Program-made: the position numbers and the translations under genes
Shown here: positions 50,056-58,948 of the stretch, in pieces
Layout of the letters: every line of letters starts with the position of its first letter
Numbering within the stretch: the stretch's first letter is position 1
Source: an uncultured virus (IMG/VR IMGVR_UViG_3300023210_002494)
Lineage: Duplodnaviria > Heunggongvirae > Uroviricota > Caudoviricetes
Direction: 5' to 3' (one strand)
Virus record (IMG/VR): IMGVR_UViG_3300023210_002494
Length of the DNA: 64,000 nt
The notes under the pieces: generated by a model
Databases searched by the model: none
Told to the model about the DNA's origin: nothing
Seen by the model: only the letters and a program-made list of their open reading frames with translations

Positions 50056-50367
50056 ATGGAATTTTTAAAAAAATCATGGAAATGGGTAGTTGGAATCATA
50101 GGTTTTTTTATTGGCCTTGTGTGGATGTTTAATGCGAACTCAAGTAGAAAAGTTAAAAAGATTAAAAAGAATATTAGGGGTAATGAAAATAAAACGTCAG
50201 AGGTTGACGGCAAGATAAAGTATGTTAAAAAGAAAAAGAAGGTTACAAAGAAAAAGATTGAGGAAACAGACAAAGAATTAAAAAAACTTAAAACCAAAAA
50301 ACCTAAGGTAAAAAAGAAAACACCTAAACAGGCAACCAAGTCACTAAAGAATAGGTTAAAAAAGTAA
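50056..50367 (+). CDS. Lys-rich single-TM protein (i-spanin-like candidate)
   Basis: N-terminal TM WKWVVGIIGFFIGLVWMF followed by a basic coiled coil. Confidence 0.5.
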   Translation: MEFLKKSWKWVVGIIGFFIGLVWMFNANSSRKVKKIKKNIRGNENKTSEVDGKIKYVKKKKKVTKKKIEETDKELKKLKTKKPKVKKKTPKQATKSLKNRLKK

Positions 50368-50372
50368 CCACA

Positions 50373-50747
50373 ATGAAAAAACTAATATTAATACTATTAT
50401 TGTTTACACCAGTATGGGCCTTTACCCAAACAAACACTTTTACAGATAAAGAAGTTGTTGAAATGGACTCACTATTCCAAGTGTACGAACAAACCGATAG
50501 TTTACAAAAATTAGAGATTAATTTACTTAGGGGTCAAATAATAAATTATAGAACACTACACACCCAAGACAGTTTACATATAGCTTTTATGAATGAAAAA
50601 ACAGACCTATTAAATCAAAGAATAGATTTGTATATAGATTTGACAAAAGAATTGAGACCTAAGTGGTATAATAAACCTGTAGTTCACTTCTTTTTAGGTG
50701 CAGCAACAATTGTTACTGCGTCTTGGGTCGTATCTAACGTTAAGTAG
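50373..50747 (+). CDS. Signal-peptide protein with C-terminal hydrophobic helix (spanin-like candidate)
   Basis: MKKLILILLLFTPVWAFTQ signal peptide; coiled coil; KWYNKPVVHFFLGAATIV tail. Confidence 0.5.
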   Translation: MKKLILILLLFTPVWAFTQTNTFTDKEVVEMDSLFQVYEQTDSLQKLEINLLRGQIINYRTLHTQDSLHIAFMNEKTDLLNQRIDLYIDLTKELRPKWYNKPVVHFFLGAATIVTASWVVSNVK

Positions 50748-50759
50748 TATTTATAAGTA

Positions 50760-51002
50760 ATGGCACTAACAAAAACAGATAAAGACGAAATAGCAAGAAT
50801 TGCTAGAAAAGAAATGAAAGATTTCATGTCTAAAGCACAATTTAAAAATGAGGTACAAAAAGTGGTAACGGATGAAATTAAAAAAGGTAGAAATACTAGA
50901 ACAGAAATAGTTGATATTGTAAGTAAAGTTATGTTAGAACTATATAAAACATTCTGGTTTAGACGTAGTATGTGGCAATCAGAAATTAAAAGGGTTAGGT
51001 AA
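50760..51002 (+). CDS. Hypothetical late protein
   Basis: 80 aa; TATTTAT at 50748-50754. Confidence 0.6.
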   Translation: MALTKTDKDEIARIARKEMKDFMSKAQFKNEVQKVVTDEIKKGRNTRTEIVDIVSKVMLELYKTFWFRRSMWQSEIKRVR

Positions 51003-51790
51003 TGGGCATTAAAGACAATTTTGAAAAAAGTTTAAATAAAGCTATAGAAGGAAAAGATAAAATGTGGTATAAATCCTTACTTAAAAACTCTGAAAATATA
51101 GAAGAAAAAAAAGAAATGAAAACACACAAAGGAACATCTTGTAAAGAAGCACACCCAGACATGACACACTCAAAATGGAAAAAACAAACAGAAGAGGAAG
51201 TGGGTGAAGCTACTACATCAGCAAGTTCAGGACAATATGTAGCTCCCCTCACCACAACTAAAAAGAAAAAAGAAAAAGAAGTGGGTGAAGCCACAACTTC
51301 TGCTAGTGCTGGTGCTTTTATGGTACCATTGGGTGCTGACCCTAGATTTAAAAAGAAAAAGAAAAAGAAACAAGAGGAAGTTGGTGAGGCTACAACATCA
51401 GCAAGTGCTGGACAATATTTAACACCACAAATGTGGGCTAAAGACAAAAAAAATTGGAGAGGTGGGGCAAAAACACAATGGCCAGGAGGTAAATTTGTTA
51501 AAATAAAAGACAAATGTAAAAAGTTCCCATACTGTAACCAAGGAGATATAAACGCTCTAGACCTAACAGAAAACAGTAAAATTCAAAGGGTGATAGATGA
51601 AGTTGCAAAGAAAACAGGGAAAAACAAAGATTATATAAAAGAATTAGTAAAAAAAGATTTAGAGGAGATTATAAGAAGAAGTATTTACAAATCACCCATA
51701 ACATCCATGTTAGGACCAAAAACCAAAATGAATACCCCAATAGGAAAAATATTTAGTATGGGGTCTAATGTAGGTGGTAAATACGAATAA
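51002..51790 (+). CDS. Putative head-internal protein with three VGEATTSAS repeats
   Basis: Repeats at 51191-51420 separated by Lys runs; KCKKFPYCNQGD. Confidence 0.6.
   Translation: MGIKDNFEKSLNKAIEGKDKMWYKSLLKNSENIEEKKEMKTHKGTSCKEAHPDMTHSKWKKQTEEEVGEATTSASSGQYVAPLTTTKKKKEKEVGEATTSASAGAFMVPLGADPRFKKKKKKKQEEVGEATTSASAGQYLTPQMWAKDKKNWRGGAKTQWPGGKFVKIKDKCKKFPYCNQGDINALDLTENSKIQRVIDEVAKKTGKNKDYIKELVKKDLEEIIRRSIYKSPITSMLGPKTKMNTPIGKIFSMGSNVGGKYE
51191..51420 (+). repeat. Three imperfect coding repeats EVGEATTSAS(S/A)G(Q/A)(Y/F)
   Basis: Visible in both DNA and protein; differences fall mostly at third codon positions. Confidence 0.85.
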
Positions 51791-51816
51791 ATAGATATTT
51801 ATAATAAAAAGAAATT

Positions 51817-52836
51817 ATGTCAATAAAAGATACAGTATTAGCGTCAAGTCCAGAATTAAATAAAATTATAGAAAAAGCTGTGAAAAGAATTGGTGAAAAT
51901 CATGCATTAGCTAGGGATAGTAAAGGTGTTGAAATGAAAGCAAATGAAATTGAAGAAGATAGAAAAGAGTGGAGAGAATCTAAAGTTATAGAAGAATCTT
52001 TAAAAGCAGTAGCCAACGAAATGGCTGAAAAAATGGTACTAGAAAACGCAATAGATGGTATGATAAAAGAAACTCTACAAGGTGAAATAAGTATTAATAA
52101 CAAAATATCTGGAGGTTCAGGATTCGAAAAAAACCAAGGTACATCAGACACCCTAACAAAATTTAATAAAAGGCAAGAAATGGGTGAACAAGAAGAAAAA
52201 GAATTAGAATTAGATGATACTATTAAAGAAACTGTAAAAAAACTAGTTAGTAAAAAATTAAAAAAGAAAAACATATCTGAAGCAGAAAAAACACCGGGAA
52301 TAGACACATACCAAAAAGCACATAAAAAATCTAAAAGTTTTAATGATAGTGCAATGAAGGACACAAAAAAGAAATTTAAAGAGTATGATACTTTTGAAGG
52401 TAGTGAAAGTCCTGAATTCCCACACCAAGAAAACTCAAAAACTAACTCTGACGGACAATTCCAGTACTATAGAAATAACGAAGAATCTGACGAATTTATA
52501 GAAGATTTTGGACATCCAGGTTTATTAGATTTTGATATTAATAATGTAGACATGGAAAGATTAGCAGATTATTTAGAAGGTTCATCAGAAACAGGTAACG
52601 CACAAACTGATAAAGACGGTGAAGCATTAGGAAATGTTGTACCAAGTGACTTAGGTGAAAAAATGTTAAAATCTTCAGAAAGAAGGAAAGAAAAAATAGC
52701 TGACCAAAAAAAATCTATGACAAACTTAAGAGGGTATACACCAGATGTACAAAAAGTTAAACAAGTAAAGGAGGGTGTAGACTCGGATATAAAAGACATG
52801 AAGAAATTGTGGGCATACAATAAAAAGACACAATAA
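51817..52836 (+). CDS. Putative head/scaffold-associated acidic protein
   Basis: Glu/Lys-rich; many IxE/LxE motifs; TATTTAT at 51796-51802. Confidence 0.5.
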   Translation: MSIKDTVLASSPELNKIIEKAVKRIGENHALARDSKGVEMKANEIEEDRKEWRESKVIEESLKAVANEMAEKMVLENAIDGMIKETLQGEISINNKISGGSGFEKNQGTSDTLTKFNKRQEMGEQEEKELELDDTIKETVKKLVSKKLKKKNISEAEKTPGIDTYQKAHKKSKSFNDSAMKDTKKKFKEYDTFEGSESPEFPHQENSKTNSDGQFQYYRNNEESDEFIEDFGHPGLLDFDINNVDMERLADYLEGSSETGNAQTDKDGEALGNVVPSDLGEKMLKSSERRKEKIADQKKSMTNLRGYTPDVQKVKQVKEGVDSDIKDMKKLWAYNKKTQ

Positions 52837-52885
52837 ATCTATTTACCAACCAATCTCTATACCTATCTTTATATTAATAAAAGAT

Positions 52886-53359
52886 ATGGAAAGAAGAAGA
52901 TTATTACCTGAAGAATTTTTAAATTACGTGACTAAACAAATTAGTCCCGAACACATGCGTGTTTGGGTTAAAGTCAATAACATCAACACAGAAAAAATAG
53001 AATTATTTTTTGACTTTATTAATTCTTTGTTTTATCTTATAGAAGAAACCTATTTAGGTGATGATGTTATTATAACCGACGAACAAAAAGAAGGCCATTT
53101 TTCATGGTGTTGGGACAAAATAATAGATAACTTTAAAGAAGAAAATATCCACTTTAAAAACAAAGGTGAGCATTATACTTATTTCTTTAACTTCTTTTAC
53201 GAAGGTTTTTATAAAAATGAAGTAGACGAAAAAGTTAGTAAACTTAAAAACTTCTTAGATGGGTTATTTAAATTACATAAAGTAAAAACAGAATCAGAAT
53301 TAGATATGTTAATAGAAATGTATAGAATATTAGAAAATAACTTGACAGTTAGTAAATAA
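52886..53359 (+). CDS. Hypothetical protein
   Basis: 157-aa ORF. Confidence 0.6.
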   Translation: MERRRLLPEEFLNYVTKQISPEHMRVWVKVNNINTEKIELFFDFINSLFYLIEETYLGDDVIITDEQKEGHFSWCWDKIIDNFKEENIHFKNKGEHYTYFFNFFYEGFYKNEVDEKVSKLKNFLDGLFKLHKVKTESELDMLIEMYRILENNLTVSK

Positions 53360-53370
53360 TTTTCTAAACT
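53342..53370 (+). promoter_or_regulatory. Sigma70-type promoter TTGACA-N17-TAAACT, 6 nt before ATG 53377
   Basis: Read directly. Confidence 0.7.
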
Positions 53371-53376
53371 TAAACT

Positions 53377-53583
53377 ATGAGAATACTTAATATCATCAGT
53401 AATGAATTGGTCATTAGAAAACAGAAACTAGAAAATGAACTAGAGAGGGTACTAAACAACCCCTCAATACCAACAGAAGAAGTTGTAAACAACTCTTTAG
53501 AAACATTAAATAAATTAACACAAGTTAGTAATACGATGCTAACTTGGGAATCTTACATAAATAAAGAAAAACAAGAAAATTAA
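53377..53583 (+). CDS. Hypothetical protein
   Basis: 68-aa helical ORF following a promoter. Confidence 0.6.
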   Translation: MRILNIISNELVIRKQKLENELERVLNNPSIPTEEVVNNSLETLNKLTQVSNTMLTWESYINKEKQEN

Positions 53584-53584
53584 T

Positions 53585-53758
53585 ATGGAAACATTAACAC
53601 AATTAGAAACATTAGTAACATCTATTAAAGTAGACGCTGAAAAATTTTTTGATAAAAAAAATAAAAGTGCTGGTATTAGAGCAAGAAAATCTTCACAAGA
53701 ATTAAAAGCGGTATTACAAACCCTAAGAAAAGAAATCTTAGAAGAAAGTAAAAAATAA
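53585..53758 (+). CDS. Histone H1-like protein Hc1 family (not in ORF track)
   Basis: Manual translation METLTQLETLVTSIKVDAEKFFDKKNKSAGIRARKSSQELKAVLQTLRKEILEESKK; NK.AG.RARK motif. Confidence 0.8.
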   Translation: METLTQLETLVTSIKVDAEKFFDKKNKSAGIRARKSSQELKAVLQTLRKEILEESKK

Positions 53759-53938
53759 ATGAGTAACTGGACCTATACAATGTTTTTTATATTTGCAATA
53801 CTAGTAATTGGTAGAAACATTTTTTTAGTCTCAACCAAACTATTTTCAGCTGAACCAAGTCCGTACGCAATAAACTATAAAGAATTAACATTTTTAGGTT
53901 TATCTATTTCTTACGCATTAACATACATAATACACTAA
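53759..53938 (+). CDS. Small two-TM membrane protein (not in ORF track)
   Basis: MSNWTYTMFFIFAILVIGRNIF...ELTFLGLSISYALTYIIH; exactly fills the gap between its neighbours. Confidence 0.65.
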   Translation: MSNWTYTMFFIFAILVIGRNIFLVSTKLFSAEPSPYAINYKELTFLGLSISYALTYIIH

Positions 53939-54406
53939 ATGTCATTTTACGAACAAATATCAAAATTAGATAGTCACTTTCATAGTTTAAGACTACATGA
54001 AGGGTTACTAGTCATTGATTTAAAATTACCAATTGATTGGAAAATAAAAGAGGTAATCGCCAGTAGAGATAATAAAATACAACTACAAACGGGACCCAAA
54101 AACAAACAACATCAGGTAATATCTTTTTTCTCTGCTTTTGATGCAGAAAGTAGTTTAATTTTAGAAGAAGAAATAATGGCTGTATTAAAATGGAATAAAG
54201 AAAAAGAAGAAAAGGATATGTTACTTAATCTAAAAATGGTAGAACTTAAAAAAGTTTTTAGTGAAAATAATATAAATAATTTAAGAAATCTAGATATAAA
54301 TTTTAACGCAAACTTATTGAATTTAAATGGACAAAACTCAGATAGCCAAATGGTGGGAGAAGGAAGTGACGAAGGACCAAAAGGAGATACTACAACACAA
54401 GAATAA
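53939..54406 (+). CDS. Hypothetical protein
   Basis: 155-aa ORF. Confidence 0.6.
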   Translation: MSFYEQISKLDSHFHSLRLHEGLLVIDLKLPIDWKIKEVIASRDNKIQLQTGPKNKQHQVISFFSAFDAESSLILEEEIMAVLKWNKEKEEKDMLLNLKMVELKKVFSENNINNLRNLDINFNANLLNLNGQNSDSQMVGEGSDEGPKGDTTTQE

Positions 54407-54515
54407 GGTAATATCACAAATAAAAAAAGCCGGGATAAAAGGAATAACCCATAAAGCCAAACCCAAAAAAGAATACGGAATATGGAAGAAAATGAAGAAA
54501 CTTTTAGGTATTTAG
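54327..54515 (+). CDS. Hypothetical small basic protein overlapping both neighbours
   Basis: 62 aa with amphipathic C-terminus IWKKMKKLLGI. Confidence 0.45.
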   Translation: MDKTQIAKWWEKEVTKDQKEILQHKNKVISQIKKAGIKGITHKAKPKKEYGIWKKMKKLLGI

Positions 54516-54715
54516 ATGGGTGTGCTTTAATATCTGAAAATCTAGAAAAACATAATTTATCTAAACAATCTAAAGTTCATCTATCTGCGACACCAGAAAA
54601 ATATTTACAAATATTAAGAGAAATAGAAGACTATGTTAAAATGAGGGTGGACAGAAATCAAACAACCATATCCTTAACGATTGGTAGTACAGAATTTATA
54701 TTTAGTAGAAGTTAG
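54482..54715 (+). CDS. Hypothetical protein
   Basis: 77-aa ORF. Confidence 0.5.
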   Translation: MEENEETFRYLDGCALISENLEKHNLSKQSKVHLSATPEKYLQILREIEDYVKMRVDRNQTTISLTIGSTEFIFSRS

Positions 54716-55347
54716 TAGGTATATTGCTTTCTTAAGAAGTCTCGTTTATACCCCACAGAAACTAATAAGTCATACAACTGTTTACGCTGTACCGTACTAG
54801 TATCAGAAACAAACAAACAATCATACCTACCAGAATCTAAAAGTTCAAGCTCTATAATACGTAATAACCTATTTGCGTCGGTTATATTTTTTAAACTAAA
54901 TAAATTAAAAATATTTTCCTGTTGTATAATAAGTTTATTGTTTAGGGTAAAAACTTGTTTAAAATTATCTACGGGGAGATAGTCTCTAATTAGATGATTA
55001 AAAGGTATTTTATTCGTATTCTGATGGTCGTATATAAATTCCTCCTTCCAGTAAGGAAGTAACTTTATTATACTATAGTTAGAACCACCTAAACTAACCT
55101 CTTTGGTCCTACCCATATCATCTTTTACAAAAATACTCTCATTACTTGTTTCTGTTGTTATTATAGACAACTCAAACATAACTTTTTTACGAGAAATGTA
55201 TTCTGTTACCAGTTTAGGCTTTTTTTCTACTATAAGTTTATTATACTTAGATAAAATACTTTTTTTACTATTTGATGAAAAAAACGTTTTACACTTTTCA
55301 CCATTTTTAAATAAAACAATTTTGTACTTATTACGATTATAACTCAT
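54712..55347 (-). CDS. Hypothetical protein
   Basis: 211-aa ORF; the local strand composition flips here, consistent with real minus-strand coding. Confidence 0.7.
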   Translation of the reverse strand: MSYNRNKYKIVLFKNGEKCKTFFSSNSKKSILSKYNKLIVEKKPKLVTEYISRKKVMFELSIITTETSNESIFVKDDMGRTKEVSLGGSNYSIIKLLPYWKEEFIYDHQNTNKIPFNHLIRDYLPVDNFKQVFTLNNKLIIQQENIFNLFSLKNITDANRLLRIIELELLDSGRYDCLFVSDTSTVQRKQLYDLLVSVGYKRDFLRKQYTY

Positions 55348-56355
55348 ATGAATAAAGATTATTATAAAACTCTAAATATAAATAGAAGTTCCTCCCAAGA
55401 TGAAATAAAAAAATCTTTTAGGACCTTATCTAAAAAACACCACCCAGATAAAGGTGGTGACGAAAACACTTTTAAAGAGATTGCGGAAGCTTACGACACT
55501 TTAGGTGATACTAATAAAAGAGAAAAATACAACCATAAATTAGACAACCCATTTAGTAATGGTAATGATGTAAATATGGAAGACGTATTTAATAATTTTT
55601 TTAGGCAAAACCAACACAGACAACAAGTTAAAAGGGGTAGAAATTTAAGTATCCCACTAACTATTTCACTAGAAGATGTAATTTTTGGTAAAATTAAAAA
55701 ATTACGTTATAATAGAAAAACAAATTGTGGTGGGTGTTCTGGTAGTGGTGGTAATACAAAAATGTGTGGTAATTGTAATGGTCGTGGGGTTATAGAACAA
55801 GCTGTTGGAAATGCTTTTTTTAGGCAAGTAAGAAGAACTCAATGCCCTGTTTGTCGTGGAAATGGTAAAGAAATTATAAATGCGTGTAACAGATGCGGTG
55901 GAAGTGGACAAGACACAAAAGAACAAATCATAGATTTTACAATCCCAAAAAATTTAATGACTGGTCAGGTCTATACATTTAGGGGGATGGGTGAGGAGAT
56001 AGGAAATGGACATCCTGGTGATTTACAAATACAGGTAGTTGTATCTAGACACGAACAATTTAAAGTTAGTGATAAAGATTTAATTTATGAACCACAAATA
56101 ACTATATTAGATATTTTATTAGGTAGAATTTTAGAAGTACCTTATTTTGGGACTTACTTAAATACAACTATACCACAATGTAGTTCACCAACAACAACTT
56201 TTAAAATTAACGGAAAAGGTTTAGAAAGGGGGGATGGCACCAGTGGAGATATTTTAGTTAAACCAAAAATTATTATGCCTAATAGACTAACACCACAAGA
56301 ACAACAAATACTTAGAAATTTAAATAATTCAGAAAATTTTATAAAAACGATATAA
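55348..56355 (+). CDS. dnaJ: DnaJ chaperone (J domain, Zn finger, C-terminal domain)
   Basis: KDYYKTL; HHPDK; FKEIAEAYDTL; four CxxCxGxG repeats; GDLQIQV. Confidence 0.9.
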   Translation: MNKDYYKTLNINRSSSQDEIKKSFRTLSKKHHPDKGGDENTFKEIAEAYDTLGDTNKREKYNHKLDNPFSNGNDVNMEDVFNNFFRQNQHRQQVKRGRNLSIPLTISLEDVIFGKIKKLRYNRKTNCGGCSGSGGNTKMCGNCNGRGVIEQAVGNAFFRQVRRTQCPVCRGNGKEIINACNRCGGSGQDTKEQIIDFTIPKNLMTGQVYTFRGMGEEIGNGHPGDLQIQVVVSRHEQFKVSDKDLIYEPQITILDILLGRILEVPYFGTYLNTTIPQCSSPTTTFKINGKGLERGDGTSGDILVKPKIIMPNRLTPQEQQILRNLNNSENFIKTI

Positions 56356-56557
56356 TAAATCTAATAATAGATATATAACCGATAATAAGGGGTATAAAAG
56401 CCCCAAAAATTAATATGATACGTTCACCCTTAGTCTGTTGACCAAGAGTCTTATCGTAAACCTGCTTATCAAAACTATCTGCGTGAGACGTAAGACTCTT
56501 CTGTAGACGCTCAACAGAGTTACGTAATTTTTTTTCTTTACAAGTTTTACAAGCCAT
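56339..56557 (-). CDS. Small protein with N-terminal CxxC and C-terminal TM
   Basis: MACKTCKEKK...; TATTTAT upstream on the minus strand (56577-56583). Confidence 0.6.
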   Translation of the reverse strand: MACKTCKEKKLRNSVERLQKSLTSHADSFDKQVYDKTLGQQTKGERIILIFGAFIPLIIGYISIIRFIISFL

Positions 56558-56608
56558 ACTTTTATTTTCTTTAATTATAAATAGTAAAATTTAACAAGTA
56601 AAGAAAAC

Positions 56609-56637
56609 TTGAAATACACACCAAAATATATTACTAT
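56609..56637 (+). promoter_or_regulatory. Sigma70-type promoter TTGAAA-N17-TACTAT, 6 nt before ATG 56644
   Basis: Read directly. Confidence 0.6.
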
Positions 56638-56643
56638 TATAGT

Positions 56644-57819
56644 ATGGGAGAACAAACAACAATATTTGATGTTATAGAGGCTGAGGACTCTTTTAACTTT
56701 GAGGAAAACAAACAAAACCTTATAGACAATCTAGACATGCTTAAAGAAATGTCGGTAGAAAAACAAACACTTTATAAAAAGTGGCAAGAAATGAATAAGG
56801 GTGGTAAGATGGAAAAGGTAAAAAATAAATTGTACAACTACCGAACAAATCTATGGGTACCATCAGATTTAGATGATGTAGACCACACCATAAAACAAAT
56901 TGAAGAGTTAGAACCTTATGTTGTTATGGCAACACCAGGAAAAGGTGTTACAGAATGGGTAAACTACCGTAAACTTATCCACACAATGGAATGGGTTGCA
57001 AATCCTGGACGTAATATGAAATTCTGGGTAAGAGATAGAAAAACAAATAAAGTCCTTGGTTTGATATGTTTAGGGTCTGACGTTACAAGTATTAAGGTTA
57101 GAGACGCTTACATAGGTTGGGATAAAACTAACAAGTTTGACCAACACAAGTTAAACAACACAGCCATAGCTACAACAATATGTTCCACACAACCAGGTGG
57201 GTATAATATGTTAATGGGTAAATTGGTAGCAGCACTAACTACTTGTAAAACAATTAGAGATGCTTGGGAAGAAAAATATGGTGATAAGTTAATTGCTGTA
57301 GGAACGACAGCACTGTACGGAATCAACTCAATGTATAATGGAATGCCACACTTCAAAACAATGGGAGAGACTTCAGGTAAAGTTAGGTTAAAACCTGATG
57401 ATAGTGCATACCTACCATGGAATAAATGGTTAAAGGAAAATCATCCAGAAGAACACGCAAAAGCTATAAGTGCTACAGGACCCAAACAAAACATACTTAA
57501 CAAAGTTTTTAAACATTGTGGGATAAAGGGGTCAGCATACGACCACGGGTTTAAGAGAGGGGTATATCTTGCAATGATGTATGATAATGGTTGTGAGTTC
57601 TTAAGAGGTGAGATAGAAGAAAAAGACCTAAAGATGAAAAAGAAATTCCAAGATGATATTCCATATACAGATAAATGGTGGAAGAAAAAAGCGATTAGAA
57701 GGTATAAAAGTATGTACGAACAAGATAGAATTAAACCAGAAATGTTATTCTATTGGGATGTTATTGGACTAACCTGGGAGGAAACACAAGAAAAATATAT
57801 AAACGAAGTAGGTAGATAA
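56644..57819 (+). CDS. DUF4338 / Druantia DruA-like protein
   Basis: PGRNMKFWVRD..VLGLICLGSDV..RDAYIGW; QPGGYNMLMGKLVA; TTALYG. Confidence 0.7.
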   Translation: MGEQTTIFDVIEAEDSFNFEENKQNLIDNLDMLKEMSVEKQTLYKKWQEMNKGGKMEKVKNKLYNYRTNLWVPSDLDDVDHTIKQIEELEPYVVMATPGKGVTEWVNYRKLIHTMEWVANPGRNMKFWVRDRKTNKVLGLICLGSDVTSIKVRDAYIGWDKTNKFDQHKLNNTAIATTICSTQPGGYNMLMGKLVAALTTCKTIRDAWEEKYGDKLIAVGTTALYGINSMYNGMPHFKTMGETSGKVRLKPDDSAYLPWNKWLKENHPEEHAKAISATGPKQNILNKVFKHCGIKGSAYDHGFKRGVYLAMMYDNGCEFLRGEIEEKDLKMKKKFQDDIPYTDKWWKKKAIRRYKSMYEQDRIKPEMLFYWDVIGLTWEETQEKYINEVGR

Positions 57820-57834
57820 AAACTAATAAATAGA

Positions 57835-57969
57835 ATGGATGGTATAGAAATGATTGCACGTATAAAAGAGATTATAGGGTTTGTAAAAGAGGGGGACAAA
57901 GACAAGGTGATACTATACTTAAAATATATGATAGAAGATATAGAAATGTATAAAAATAATAGTTTGTGA
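57835..57969 (+). CDS. Small hypothetical protein (not in ORF track)
   Basis: Manual translation MDGIEMIARIKEIIGFVKEGDKDKVILYLKYMIEDIEMYKNNSL; fills the gap. Confidence 0.45.
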   Translation: MDGIEMIARIKEIIGFVKEGDKDKVILYLKYMIEDIEMYKNNSL

Positions 57970-57991
57970 TACCAATTAAATAATAAATAAG

Positions 57992-58357
57992 ATGACTAAA
58001 AAAAGAACATTAAACGAACTAAGACAAGTTAAAGAATATGGAGCTGGAACAGCATACACATCTAGTGACACGTCAAACAAAATACAATACCCAAAAACCC
58101 TAAGTATTGAAAAAATTAAATCTTTAGTAGATACAACACCAAACGACATGAACTTAGGTGAAAAAGTTAGAATGCTATTCCTTACCAACCCAAAAAGAAA
58201 TACTAAAGAAGATACTAATATATTTGGTAAAATTTCTGGGGATAATTACAAATACTTAATAGAAAACTACCAAACTAAAAAAGGAGAAGAATTTAATAGT
58301 TGGTACAACGGATTAACAAACGAAGAAAAAATTTTCATAACTAGCATGTTTGATTAA
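57992..58357 (+). CDS. Hypothetical protein
   Basis: 121 aa; TPNDMNLGEKVR motif. Confidence 0.55.
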   Translation: MTKKRTLNELRQVKEYGAGTAYTSSDTSNKIQYPKTLSIEKIKSLVDTTPNDMNLGEKVRMLFLTNPKRNTKEDTNIFGKISGDNYKYLIENYQTKKGEEFNSWYNGLTNEEKIFITSMFD

Positions 58358-58368
58358 GAAAAAATTTG

Positions 58369-58376
58369 TACCTTTG
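58369..58376 (+). promoter_or_regulatory. Bacteroidota-type -7 box TACCTTTG, 4 nt before ATG 58381
   Basis: Matches TAnnTTTG; a TTTG lies at 58349. Confidence 0.5.
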
Positions 58377-58380
58377 TAAT

Positions 58381-58632
58381 ATGAAAGAAAAAAATTCAAA
58401 CTGGGACACATACGATTTCCAAGACTGGGTAGTTAAACACATTAACCTTATCTTAGTAGGAAAAGAATTAGAGTTATTTATGAGAAATAATTTTGGTTAT
58501 GACGACATAAAAATGTTTGGCAAGTTGGAGGAAGCAGAAAACTTAAAAAGTTTATACCAATCCAGGATGATTGATAAGGCACTTTCTTATAAAGTAAATT
58601 TTGGCAATGGGGAGTTTCAGTGGACTAACTAG
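58381..58632 (+). CDS. Hypothetical protein
   Basis: ATG 58381 preferred over TTG 58366. Confidence 0.55.
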   Translation: MKEKNSNWDTYDFQDWVVKHINLILVGKELELFMRNNFGYDDIKMFGKLEEAENLKSLYQSRMIDKALSYKVNFGNGEFQWTN

Positions 58633-58658
58633 TATTAATTAAATAAAAAATAAATAAA

Positions 58659-58943
58659 ATGGGTGGAAGTAGAATGATGGAAAAAAGAGGTCACCATATC
58701 TGTAAAATGGTGAATTACGAGGTAAGACAAAAAACAACACAAGAAACAAGTAGAAAGGTTGGTGGTAGTATAGTTAATACACCTGGAAGTGTTGAGGTTA
58801 TGGTTTATAAAGGTAAGAATAAGATTGAAGGTGGTATGAAAGATGTAAAAGTTGCCGCACAAAAAATCTATGATATTCTTAAAAAAGAGAGTAGAGAAAT
58901 TACGGTGAGTAAAAAAATCATTAAAAAATATAATTTGGGTTAA
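58659..58943 (+). CDS. Hypothetical basic protein
   Basis: 94-aa ORF with A-rich leader. Confidence 0.6.
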   Translation: MGGSRMMEKRGHHICKMVNYEVRQKTTQETSRKVGGSIVNTPGSVEVMVYKGKNKIEGGMKDVKVAAQKIYDILKKESREITVSKKIIKKYNLG

Positions 58944-58948
58944 TATTT

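Noticed and set aside
51191..51420. CRISPR mini-array or RiPP precursor
   Set aside because: The repeats are in-frame coding with synonymous variation, and no cas or RiPP maturation genes are nearby
52864..52886. TATCTTT/AAAGATA hairpin touching the 52886 start
   Set aside because: A 7-bp, almost all A-T stem in AT-rich DNA is not convincing
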